Source: Sphagnum compactum | Taxonomy: Eukaryota | DNA: 64,000 nt | Direction: 5' to 3' | Assembly (NCBI GenBank): GCA_965153455.1 | Contig: OZ234494.1 | Coordinates: forward strand, 4,712,001 to 4,776,000 | In this document: positions 51,576 to 64,000 of the stretch, piece after piece | Layout: each line of letters begins with the position of its first letter | Position numbering within the stretch: position 1 is the first letter of the stretch | The notes under the pieces: model-generated | Told to the model about the DNA's origin: nothing | The model's database searches: none | What the model saw: only the letters and a program-made list of their open reading frames with translations | Translations under genes and position numbers: made by a program

Positions 51576-54500
51576 TTCTAAGAATCAACATTGTGAAAAC
51601 CAGTTCAATTTTTTTAAAGTGTTGATACCCTTTTTTTGGGGGAGAACCAGAACCTTTTGTAAATTACTTTGTGAAAATTAGACCTAGTGGGTATCATAAA
51701 ATTGTGATACCCACCCAACATTGGTAAATACTTCCAACAATGTTTTTTTTTATTTTCATTCTTGTGATAGCTTTTGCCCAAACTTTTGCCTTGGGACTCC
51801 CCTCAAGTGGATGCTTACTTTTGGAACACCTTTTTCTTAGGGCCTTACCTCGTGTAAAGACTTACAAAAAAATTGTTGTTCCTGGGAAAGGAGAGGAGAG
51901 AAAATGGGTGTTTTTTTTAAAGTGCAACATTTGCCTCTTGTATTAGAAATAAATGACATTCTACGAGGTTACTTTAAAGGTAGGCCTTTATGTACATAAT
52001 AAATTAAAAAATGAAGTGTTTTAAAACATTTGAAAAATCATACACAAATCTTTGAGGAAATGGAAAACATTTATGTTTACAATACTTAATTTTGTGAAAA
52101 TTTCAAGAAAATTTACTAAAAGTGAATTTTTTAAAGATATATATCAAAATGGTGCATTGATATATTTTTTACTTTTTTGAAAATTGAAGATATATTCAAC
52201 CATGTGATTTCACATAGTTTGAACCATGTTTGTGAACAATTTTAAAGTTTTCATTTAAAAAAAAGGGTTTTTCAAGAAAGATGAATAAATGTGTGGTAAT
52301 TTTGAAATTTTGACAAATACGCACATTCATTTGGAAGGTGACAAACATAATTATAGTGACTTTGTTTTAAATGCTTATTTAAATGATTAATGAAGCCTTG
52401 ATGTTAGTGCAATTTGAAATAAAAAGTTGATTTTGTTATATATATGTATATCATATACATGTGGATGTTTGAATTTAAATAATATAAATACTATAAATTC
52501 AAATAATATTAAATAACGCTAGTTTTTTAAGAATCAATATTTTAAGCCCCAAACACCAAAATTGAAACTCACAATTAAATGCACTGCACTTTTGGAACAA
52601 TTATATTTCACATATTATGATATTAAACCCAAATATCCCCAAAAGGCCCCCACATAAGGTCCAAACATGATTGGGGTACCACATCTGAACCATAAGGATT
52701 CATTCCAAGGATTCCCAGATTCATCTTTTTCTTCATGTTTCCCTTCATATGTTTTACATTTCACCCTTTTTTTTCATGTCAAATGAAATAATTTTGTTCC
52801 AAATTTTATATAAGCCTCTAGAGTATATATTGTTTTCACTTATGAAAGTGAGAATAATCAATTTATCCAATGTGGGCCATGTTTTATCAATGGCCCGAAA
52901 TTCCCAGAAATTTGACTTTTTGAGATTTTTTACATTACAATAGTGCATTTGGTTTTTGTCACATTCATACATTTTATACACATTAGCACATAAGGTGTTT
53001 GTGGTAAAAATCTTGGGCGAAAAAAGTTTTTAAAACATTCCTTATGAGTCTTTGAACCTTTTTTCTTTCATGAAACAAATGTTTTTATTTTTTTTCAAGG
53101 ACTTGGTAGGAATATTTAAACTTGTTCAAATTTGACATTCTATGCATAGAATAGTACCTTTGTAATGTATATCTATTTATGAACAAAATCAAACTTTCAA
53201 TATGAATGTGTCATTAAGTATCAACATGTTTAAATGAGGGGGTCCAATGAGTATAAAATGAGATAATCGTTTTGGGTACCCCAACCATGCTTTGACCCCA
53301 TAACGTGTTTTCAAAATGGGAATTGAGATTTTTTTAAAAAAAAACACAATGAAAATGGAAGCTTTGGTACCATCCAAAATTGTTTCTTTTGAATTTTGTG
53401 CATGTTTTTTTTATGTGTTTGATTTTATTAATTTTGACAATGTTGGGCACTAGTTTAGTAATGCACAATAATAATAACAATCCTTGTTATAAACATGTTA
53501 CCATGTAATACAACATTGTTTTCATTATTTTTAATTAGATGTCAACTTCAACATTCATCGTTAAGTAATAAAAATGTCGAAGGGTAGATGAAAGGGAAAT
53601 AAGATAAGCAAGTTGAATGTGGATAACAAGTTGATAATGTTTTAAGTGACAAACCAAGATAATGCAAGTCAAATTAACATGTGAAATTTGAATAAACATT
53701 AGAAAAAAATCTAGTTTTTTAACTGGGGTATACAATTGATTTTCAATTGCATGCAACACATGCAATTGGATTTTGCCCCAATTGCATAAAACAAGTTGCA
53801 ACAGATATGGAATTGCACATAACAATTTGCATTTGACATGTATATACATTATCATTACACATTTCATCCATTTTTATTTTACACAAGGAGTTGCACATGT
53901 AACTATGTGTAGAACATATACCATGTGTATATACAAAACGGTGACTTTTCTTTTCATGATGCATGTCCGTTTTTGAAGGCCAATTATTTAATGACTTTCA
54001 TATTTTCAACTCTATTTCAATATTCAATATTAATTAATAAATTTAAGCTATCTAGTCCATCCAATATAATGTGGATAAAATTTCAACACGTGCAACTTAA
54101 GTTTAACCTTAGTTAACATGGGTTTAACTGTAATACTAAAGGTAAATACTATTATACATAGCTTATGTAGATAAATTTGGTATACTAACTTAGGAATGTA
54201 TTAGCTTAAATTGATATTTTTATGACACATGTTCATTTGTACACCATTAATTGTATGTTAGTTGCATGCACAACTATATGGCTTTACAAATATACGGTAT
54301 CAATTTGAAATTGCAAGCATAATCAATATAATTTTAAATGATAACTAGTTACATGTAGTTGCATAATGAGTAGTTGCAAATGACAAGATTTCTTCTATTG
54401 AAACTAAGCTTTAGTAAACTAACTAACAAAGCCAACAGTGGCAAAGTAATTACATGGTTTAAATGTAAAAATGATTTGTGGAACGATTACAAGTATATAT

Positions 54501-56284
54501 AAAATCTGAATATAATTTTTAAAAATTCATATTTAAAAAGTCCTTATTGAATGACTTTGAAAATTTGAAAAAAAGAATTTTGCAAACATTTTGTGAAGAA
54601 AATAAATATAGGAAAAAGGGTTTGAAATCCCATAATTTCAAATAAAAGTTTTGTAATGTAAAAAACTCAATTGGCTTCTACCAAAAAAAATTTAGTAGGC
54701 AATGAAAAATACTCACAAATTTTAGATTTTTGGAAAATTCATTACTTCATTCTTTTGCGTAAGATTAACATGTTTCTTTTCCTCTCAAGAATAAAACTAA
54801 GTAGATTCAAACATGGTTGAAATAACAAACATATAATGAAATAAATATTACTAAGAAAATGACATTGTCCAAGTACTAAAAAGAACATACATTTTTATGG
54901 TTTTTGGGATAAGTTGTATTCTAATGAAAAAAATCACTAGGAATGATTAAGACTACCTTAAGACATTATTCTGAGTTGAAAGTTGAATGCAATAAAGTCA
55001 AATATTTATACTATTATTGAAAGGTGATACAAATCTTCTCAAGGAGCTTTTGATAGGGGCAAAATTGACCAAAGAATTGGTCGGTACCCCATTTTGAACC
55101 TTTGGTGACTTCTTAGGGTCATTGTTTTAGAAACTACTTCTATCAACATGAAAAAAATCTAAAAACTTGCCAATTTGGTATCAATCATTAACAAAGGCAG
55201 AAAACACCAAAGTTTTGAAAGTTTTCCCTCCTTAACAATTATAATATGTAGTTGATTGAGATTAGGGTCTTTATTCTCAAGGGGTTGGTGATGGAGATAA
55301 AAGACCAACTAAAAAAGGTGCCTAAAAATGAAATAATGTTAAGGACCAAGAAGATAATATGATTTAGGAAATAAAGGGCTTTGGATAGTCAAGTGCATGG
55401 TACATAGGTTAACAAAAGGAGCATAAACCTAAAAACATATATTTTCAATGTAATTGAATTGCAAAAATGTACCACCACATAACATAACATTACATTTACT
55501 TCTAGTTGAATTTTAAAGATGTTTTAAGAAGGCAAAATTTTGGGGTTTTCCATAATATTTTCACTAGTATGTTGTGATATTTTACAAAAATTCTTACATA
55601 TCTTTTAATTCAAAAACCAAAATCAAGTCAAAATCATAGTAAACTTGTTGTTCATCACAATTAAAATTCAAATTTTCATTAGGGCATATTGTAAATATTG
55701 CAGTAGGCGATTATGTTTGAATGTAATTAATTTTTAGAAACAAAATTTTGAAAATCTGAAAAATTATTGAAACATTTATGTAGTTAATTAACAAGTGAAA
55801 AATATACTTTTAGAGCAAAAAGTTAAGTCTTAATGATTGTCTTGGAATTGAAAGAAACAATATATTAAATATTCAACATTAGTCTACTGAATCTACAATG
55901 TTAGTATGGTAATTAATACCCTATGTTCAAGTTTGATTTGGGGATTAGTACATTAAGGTGAACCAATTTTGGCACATGACGTCTATAAAAAATTTAAAAA
56001 TCTTCTTGTTTATACTTATATTCAAACATTGGGAGCCACATGTTAAAATTTCATTAGGATTTTGGAAACCCTAGTTTAATGTTGGAGAACCTTGTATTTG
56101 AAAGATGAGCATCTATATTATTAATTATAAATAGATAAAGGACATTATCAATCTATGATTCAATGTACACCTTGCTATTTTGGTTCTCAACAACCTTCCA
56201 AACAATCTTTTGTATCATAGTCATAGTATATTGTACTTTGTGCCAAATTATAAACAAAAACGTGCATAAATGAAAGCATACCAA
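51576..56284 (-). repeat. Right arm of the large inverted duplication (lacks two internal blocks)
   Basis: Reverse complement of 34113-41568, minus ~35966-37574 and ~37944-39042. Confidence 0.95.
53697..54400. mobile_element. Internally deleted (~0.7 kb) copy of the 37638-39427 CACTA, TSD AAA
   Basis: CATTAGAAAAAAATCTAG at 53697 and GATTTCTTCTATTG ending at 54400, with AAA on both sides. Confidence 0.88.
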
Positions 56285-56851
56285 GTCTGTATTCATATAT
56301 TAAGAAATGTGACAAGGTTTGTTGTACAACACTTTAATAGTTCATCTTCTAGTGAAATGATGACATTTTATCATCTTAAATTTATTTTACAAGCATTATA
56401 AATGAGTTAAAGTCCATTCCAAATAATTGAATCCATATTCCAATTCATGTTGTAACAAGTTGACTCTATTATGTTTTCGTGCTTTCACAAAGACAACAAC
56501 ATGCATTAGGACCTCATTTGTCATGTGCCATGGTGGTCTATTGATGGGGTTTGACCCATCATACACTAAATGCATTAGTTATAAGGGTTGAAATTTGGGT
56601 CTACATTGAGGATAGTGGGCATGATATAGTCTGGTTTCCATTAGCAATATTCTTACCCAATAAAAATTGCCTTTGGGACATAAAAAATGGATTGTGTAAT
56701 GTGTTTTCATTGTCAACACGTCTTACATTTTCGAACATTTGATTTTTGAAAACATGGTTGCTTTCAATATTTAGGAGGAATGAGGTGGAATTTTTGGCAA
56801 ATGAATTATTTATTTATTTTGCATTCCTCCTTCACAATTGTCAATCGTTTT

Positions 56852-58340
56852 CATTAGAAGAAAAGTCTCAATTTGCAACTAAAAATATGTTGCAACCAAC
56901 ATGTACACTAAAATTTTATTAGTTGCACAAGTGAAGTCACATGCAACATCTAATTGCAAATGATGACTTAACATGATGTCATCACGTTCCACATGGATGA
57001 TGTATATAGTGAACATATACACCCTCATTTATTGACCATTTGTATAAAATTTACAAACAGTTACCATTATTTGCAACTATGGTATAACCCATTAGAAAGT
57101 GCCATGTGACAACATAATAAATATTTTAAAATTGTGTTTTAAAATACATAGTGGATCTTTATCATCTATTTTAGATGGTGTTAGATCATGCTAGTGGCAC
57201 AATAAAAGTTTGTCACGTGGCATGTTGATTGAATTTTGGCCAAAATAAATTTAAATCAATATTTTGATAGGTATGTAGGTAGGTAAATAAAATTAGGTAG
57301 GTAGGTAGGTGGGTAGGTATTCTAGGAGGTAGATTTGTAAATACTTTTATTATGTTTTAGGTTTAACCTTTACGATTAAGCCTCTTTGATTGGCTCATCC
57401 CAAATTACCATGCATTTAATATAAAAATGTGAGACAAAACACATTATTTATATACATTTAGAAGATGGAAATGGAGGACAAAACATATGGGATAATTTTT
57501 TTAGTTGTAAATCAGTTTGCAACAAATTTGCAGTTAAGTTGAAACAAAAAACTTTATCCCATAACCTTTTTCAATTTTGTATACTATATATATACTAATT
57601 AACTAACTAGACCTAATTGATTAAACATGCAATAATAATTATTTACCCATTTATCAACTTACCTACTATTTATTGCTATTTATAAATTAGGTAATAACTA
57701 GTAATAACATAGATTATTTAAACTATTACATTAAAAATTTATAATTGTAATTGAAATTTAAAATTTGTAAATGATTTAATTTAAGTAAAAATATTAATAA
57801 TTAATAATTACGATAAATTTATTATTAGGAAATTTTTTTTCCTACTATTAATTAAATAATATATAATTTAAAAACTTATAAATATAATATATTATTATAT
57901 ATTATTATATATTATTATAAATATTTTCTAATATTTACCTAATCATCATTAGTTAATCATTTTTATTAAAAAATTATTAATTTTCCAAAAAATTATTTAA
58001 TAATATTATTTAATCAAATAAATTGTTAACAATAACATTAAAATTAAAATGATGAAAATAAAAAATAAATTATCGGATAATATTAATTCAAATAATTACT
58101 AATTAAATTAAAATAATAATAATTGATTGTATAATGATAATAATACCAATTATTAGTTAATTGCTATTAATAATACCCTAATTTATGCTACAATTAATTT
58201 AAAATTAAATTATGAAACAAAAAAGTTATTGATTATAAATATTGACTACTTAGTAATTATTAAATAATTATTAACTATGGATTTAACTAACTATTATTAT
58301 GAACGAATTAATTAACTTGTAATTAGTAGTAGCTATTATT
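56852..58340. mobile_element. CACTA left end with subterminal and AT-rich internal sequence; right end not found
   Basis: CATTAGAAGAAAAGTCTC at 56852, then TGCAAC repeats and a TAGG tract as in the other CACTA ends. Confidence 0.6.
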
Positions 58341-58689
58341 TATATTAAATATAATGGGTCACTTGTAAGTTACTTCTCAGTGTGGAAACATATTTCAAGT
58401 TTGAACACATCATTAATTGGCAAAGCAAGGGTGACTCAACAAAAGATAATTCTTCATACATTTTCATAATCAAGAAGACTAGTTTTCAATGAACTTGAAT
58501 TGAGGACAATCATCTTTCTTGCAACCTTGATGACCATTGAAGTATTATATGATCATTGATGGATGCATTGCATGTTTTTTCTTTTTGCATTTCATTTTAC
58601 CTCCTACACCATCTTTAGAAAGTTTTGATAGATTTGCACTTGGCAAATTTTTCTCGATGTTTTTTGCACTAAAGGGTAAAACATGACAT

Positions 58690-58987
58690 GTTGGACCAAA
58701 TTGGATGTGACATGCATTGCATTTGGATGGGATGAAATGTAATAAAATGTTATATGATAGTTACATTGAATCTTATGGTTTGGATTCAAACATGTGTGGT
58801 AGTTTATATGTGTAGTGACATAATACATAAAACACACATGCAATTAGAAAATGGTACATATAGTATATTCAAACTTTTAGATGTTTTTAAATATGTAGAT
58901 TTGTCGTATATCAAAATATGTGATTTTTTTCAATGAAAAAAATGTATTAAAAATTTTCAATCGCATGAATGATGAAACATATTATAT

Positions 58988-59028
<41 letters not shown>

Positions 59029-59945
59029 TGTGCACTTTTCCTACCTCATACAGTTCCATAAACGGCAAAAATCTCTTTTTCGCCTACTTCTATCTCGGAA
59101 GCCAAAGCCCTCATTCCTTGAAGTTAAATATCTTCCAATAATGGACATAAAAAAGAAGAATTAAAATAATCTGGGTTCCATGTTATTGCACATTGCCAAT
59201 GATGATCAACTAATCAATTGATGAAAAAAATGAAGTGATTTTGTGAAAATTAAGTTCCAATCAAATGGAAATATTAAATGACATTACATGCACCTTGAAT
59301 CAAATGAATTGAAATGGATTCATATTTAATTGAATCGAATTCAAATTCCTAAATTGAATTCAAATACAATGATTGTAATTTGATCTGATTTGAATTGAAT
59401 TTGAATTCAACTAAATTCAATACAACAATTGGATTAATATTCAATTAAAAAGAAATGGGATAAAAATTTGTGGAGACAATATTAAATTTTTTTGGTGAAT
59501 ATGGTGTTGGGAATTTTTAAAAAAAACATACGTATCCCAAAAAAAACATTTATATGCCTTGTTACTTGAGAATGGTTTAAATAGATTTCGGGTTAGAATT
59601 TGGTAAAATGAGATATTATGAGACCCTATAGTTGTCCTACCTAAATTAACTACGATGAATCATCATCACTGGAATTATATAAGAATAATATGTTTATGTT
59701 ATCAATAGGAAGAATGGTGTGAGACCAATGAAATCATTAAATGTGTAATCTATAGCACAATGAATGTCCAACAATTTCCTAGTTTAGACATAATTATGAT
59801 TAGAAAATAAATAAATAAATGAAAATAAATTTCACACTGATATTAATCATTTTAATATATTTATATAGGAAAGAAATTTGGTATTGCATTTTAAAAATTT
59901 GTGTATTTATGTGTGGACTTTGCATGTACTAAGATTGGTCCATCG
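58690..59945 (+). repeat. Second copy of the 32620-33400 repeat, carrying an (AT)n tract and a ~500-bp insertion (~59170-59670)
   Basis: Homology to the 33000-33090 segment stops near 59170 and resumes near 59675. Confidence 0.75.
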
Positions 59946-61743
59946 TAAACTTTTTATGAACCTAGTGGTGCTTCAAGTGCTTGTGAACATTAACAAATAG
60001 AAGAGTTGTTGTGACAAACAATTTGCACAGCTTGCACATCAATTGCATAATTTTGGTTATGAAGAAGAAAAAATGCCCACAAAACATTTGAACGATGGCT
60101 TGACATAAAAAATATTGGTTTTTCTTACAATAACAAGTAAGTTGTACCCACTAAAAAATAAGACTCCTACAACAAGAGTTGTGATGGTAAACTGATACAT
60201 TGATAGCAACCTCCAAATGAATGAAAGAAGAAGCATACAAGCCATTTTTATTCTCTCTCTAATTTCACAACACAAGTTAATGAGTTTTTCACCAACATCA
60301 TTTGTTATTTTTGTGCATAATGCACACAAAGAATGATGAACGTTATTGTTGCAACTTAAATAATTAATTGGACATTGGACTCCATGAGAGAAAATACCAA
60401 ACACAAAACCATTTTAGTAGAATCGTGCATGTGTCACATTCAATGGAAACACAAGTATGCAAATTGACTAGGGGAAGTTAATATATTTGGATATTTTGTG
60501 AAACACATGAGATAAAGGGGTATTTTGTTTGTAATGCTATGAAATAGTAAAACATTAAAGAAATATTATATTCAAATTGAGAATGTTTTAATTTTATTAT
60601 CATAATTCAATTAAAAACTGTTTAAATCTAAATAAATTATAAATTTTGTTTTTTTCAATAAGTTGCACATTATTTGAAAAAGAAGAAAGTAAAGTTCCTT
60701 AACAAATTGAAGAAGATTGCCATAATTTGCCATAACAAGAACAAGTTTTGATCATTGAAGAAGTTGCAAACTTCAGTAGCATGAACATAAAAAGTTTAAT
60801 GTACTCCTTATATTCCTACCTACCTTCATCATCACCAACAAGCCTAAGTATTGGTATCATTAGCAATATCACAAAACCCAAGACCTATATTGGTTTGGTA
60901 TGAAAGCTTTAAACCCTGAAGACATACCCACCTCACTATGAGTATCACTGGGGTACATGGGTGAACTCATACCCGATAGGTATGTTCTTCAAGGGCAATA
61001 TTCATACAAATATCTACCCAAGTTTCACCTTATGTCCTAATACAACAATGCTTTGTTCATGTTGAAACATCTATTTTGTTAATATGACTAAACTAATAAT
61101 TCTGATTTTTTTAACCGAATGGTTTGGATCAAATATTTTATTGAATTTGAGATAAAATATTGGAAACATTTATTTGTTGGATCATCTAGTGAGACAGTAC
61201 ATTAGTAATATCTATTGTTGTATCATTCGGTGGTCTTCAAATCAAAATTTCATTTTAAATTTCAAATCTCCAAATGATCATTTGTTAATTCCAAAGTCCA
61301 GATTGAACTAACTACATGATTTGACCTTTTGATTCCCAAAAAGCTAAATGGAAAAAAAAATAAAAATTTAATCACTTCCCCAACTAGTTTTGATTTTCAC
61401 AATGGAAAATAATATTTAGTAAATACAAATTTTAACATGAAAACTTACTTTGATTGTGTTTGATTTTACTGTTTAAAATTTTCATAATATGGACATGTCC
61501 TTATTTTTTTCAATTATCTTTCACCATCCTTCGGTTCTAATATTTTTGGAATATAACATCTATTGACAAACAAATATTCTTTTTCAATGACTATCATGGT
61601 AATGCCAAGGTCTGAATACGCTTAGTTTTAATTAACAGAATTTTCATCATTCACATTTCACGTGGGTACGAATTCTGTTTTCTTGTTGTTGTTTCACAAT
61701 AACAGATCTTTTTTGTCTCTTCTAAATTGGCAATGGCCATCTT

Positions 61744-61804
61744 CATGTAACACTTTTTAGATTCTTAAAGATTTTCACCTTTAGAATCCGAAAAGTGTTA
61801 CATG
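61744..61804. other. Short hairpin (~26-bp stem, ~8-nt loop)
   Basis: CATGTAACACTTTTTAGATTCTTAAAG vs the reverse complement of the right arm, CATGTAACACTTTTCGGATTCTAAAG. Confidence 0.8.
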
Positions 61805-61999
61805 TGTTATGAGCCACAAATGTTTGTGGAGTCACAAATTTTTGTCTGAGAAAAACTATATTCTCCAAGTGTAAGAGGCCTCACTCAAGAAAGTGAAGGT
61901 ACTACCAACTGTAGGCACTCTGGCCAAAGTAACAACACTATGCTAAAGTAATGCTATCACTCTAGCCAAAGAGAACAATGTTTAAATGCACAAAACTTA

Positions 62000-62338
62000 G
62001 GGCCACTTTAGATGAGGATTGAAGGTCAAGGGTCTAATAAAATAGAGCAACCTTATTGGATGACAGCCATAAATTGGACCCACAACTTTCAGATGAGGGC
62101 CCAAGACCAAAAAGTGGCAAATCAAGGCTAAATCTACATGGCACCATTTTGGAATGAAAATTTATTGGTTCAAACCCCCCCAAAAAAAAAGCTTAAAAAG
62201 GCGAGCTCATGATTTGAAGAGCCAAGATGCAAGCTAGGGTCCAAGGGAGGGTCCAACCCAAGGATGCAAAATTTGCTTCAAGTGAGTCCAAATTGGTTCC
62301 TACAAATTTGGACCATGGACCCCTATCTAGAGTGGGCC
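62000..62338. mobile_element. Tourist/Harbinger-like MITE with TTA TSD
   Basis: Left GGGCCACTTTAGAT; right end reverse-complemented is GGCCCACTCTAGAT (12/14). TTA lies at 61997-61999 and 62339-62341. Confidence 0.75.
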
Positions 62339-62899
62339 TTAGTATCTGGGCTTATTACTTCCAGAAAAAACATTACCTAGCCTAGTTGGATCCAAATCCC
62401 TATGTTCAGAGTCAAGAACAAAATAGAGGATAATGTTGGCCAGAATTCCAAGTATCCTCAATTCCCAAGGACCCAATTCCCAAGGAGGTGAGCTCATTGG
62501 GAATTGGGGATAGTTGAAATTATGGACCAACACTAATCTCTACTTCAAAGTTCATATATAACATAATTTAGATATTTATATATTCTTCAAGTATCCCCAA
62601 TTCCCAAGGAGCCAAGGGACCACGTATGTGTAACTTATAAAATAAATAAATAAATAAATAAATAAATATGTAAATAAATAAATAGTTATAGAAGTAATAA
62701 AGCCATGGGTGACGAGGTTTCAACTTCCCACACTTGTGTTGACTCAGCAGTGAGCACTACTACTACGTGTAACTTAACCACAAGTTAGGTGGAGAAGCTT
62801 AAATGCGAAGAGGGGGGGGTTGAAAGAGAAGAAATGGCATAATTAAACAAATAAGTAAATAAAATAAAGAGGGGTGGGGAGCAATAAGGGCTAGTCTAG

Positions 62900-64000
62900 A
62901 GGGGAGGGGGGGGAAGCATTGATGATACTAGACCTGTGGCTGCTTGCTGTCTTCATTATACACTCTTTCTCCTTCCCAGCTCCTCACTCCTCCCTCTTGC
63001 TTGTGTGTCTCCCTCTCACTCGCTCTTCTCTCTACCCAGTTGTTGTGTGTTTGTTTGTTGGCTGATTCATTCAGTAGCCTAGGCTAGTAGTGATGGTGGG
63101 TAAAAAACACAGGGTTGGTTGTTGGGTTTCCTCTTCTTCTTCTTCCTCCTCCTCCTCTACTTCCTTCCTTCCTTCCTTCCTTCCTCATTTAGGGTGGAGG
63201 GTTGCATGCATGTAATCTCTTTTTATTTCAATGTTTGGTGTGTGATAAAAGTCATCCTCTCTTGTAGTGGTACTAGCTGACTGACTGACTGACTGACTGC
63301 CTGACTGACTCCTGAAGAAGAAGTGATTTTGTTGTTGTGTTTTTTTTTCCTTCCATCACACAAAAAAGAATTTTTTGCCATCAGTTTTACACAAACAACC
63401 ACTAGCCTACAACTCTCTCTGTGTCTGACAAAAAGTGTGTGCAGTTAGAAAAAGTCTCTGCATTATTTCTGCACTTTCCTCACTGTTCTGCTGCTGCTGC
63501 TGCTAGTTGCAACATTCATAGCCGGGAGTGTATGTTTTTAAAATTTTATTTTTGGTTGAAGAGATTGGCGTGTGAACATCATCTCGTCCCTTACACGTCC
63601 TGCAGCGATCCCGTTCCCCGCCCCCCCCGGCAATGCTGCTTTCCAACGGGTTCTATAAGTGCCGTCCCCTGTGAACCGAACTGCTCAGTTGTTGTTGCAG
63701 CAGTAGCAGCAGTCTCTTCTTCTTTCCCCCCTCCAACGCACGCTGTCTGTCTGTCTGTCCGTCTTCTGTGTCTGTTGTTGTGCCTCTCACAGTCTCCTGT
63801 AGCTATTCCTCCTCCTCCTCCTCCTCTTCTTCTTCTTCTTCCTGCATAGATATATCGATAGATCTAACTTAACCCTCTTACAAGTCTTCTGTGAAACCTG
63901 CCTCACTAGTATTTGCTCATTCAATGACAATAATATTCGTACAAGCTCAAGAGGTGCTTGTAGACTAACTAGCTTCTGAACTCTGCCTCTGAACTCTAGA
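62900..64000 (+). promoter_or_regulatory. Probable promoter / 5' UTR of a gene beyond the window; CT-rich with SSRs (CTTC)n, (CTGA)n, (CCT/CTT)n
   Basis: Pyrimidine-rich Y-patch-like tracts, retained CpG at ~63520-63780, and no TE similarity seen. Strand is inferred from the pyrimidine bias. Confidence 0.45.

Noticed and set aside
34113-56284. One giant transposon with kb-long TIRs (Polinton- or Foldback-like)
   Set aside because: No outer TSD or terminal motif was seen, the arms are mosaics of unrelated TEs, and there are no polB, integrase or capsid remnants in the spacer.
63421-63849. 142-aa ORF, the longest in the track
   Set aside because: GTG start and low-complexity translation of microsatellites (poly-A/P/L); no recognisable domain.

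Overview
AT-rich eukaryotic nuclear DNA, probably from a plant. The repeat landscape resembles bryophyte (Sphagnum-like) genomes; that is inferred from recalled repeat families, not from a database search. I found no intact protein-coding gene, rRNA, tRNA or CRISPR array, and almost every entry in the ORF track is noise from decayed repeats. Most of the window is nested, C->T/G->A-eroded transposons. These include several non-autonomous CACTA elements, three independent insertions of which keep both TIRs and an exact 3-bp TSD. There is also a Ty3/gypsy pol pseudogene (RT-RNaseH-integrase) split by one CACTA, an intron-containing hAT transposase remnant, a hAT-type MITE with an 8-bp TSD, Helitron-like and Tourist-like elements, and a trihelix/Myb-SANT remnant. 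The most striking structure is a large inverted duplication, with arms at about 34113-41568 and 51576-56284 and a 10-kb spacer. Its inner breakpoint lies inside the hAT MITE, and in the right arm it sits next to the 3' end of the hAT transposase remnant. A less-eroded island at about 20.5-27.9 kb holds a near-perfect 41-bp hairpin, B-box-like tandem repeats and possible exons of an unidentified minus-strand gene. The last ~1.1 kb looks like a promoter or 5' UTR. I do not see convincing evidence of a new enzymatic system; the novelty candidates here are structural.
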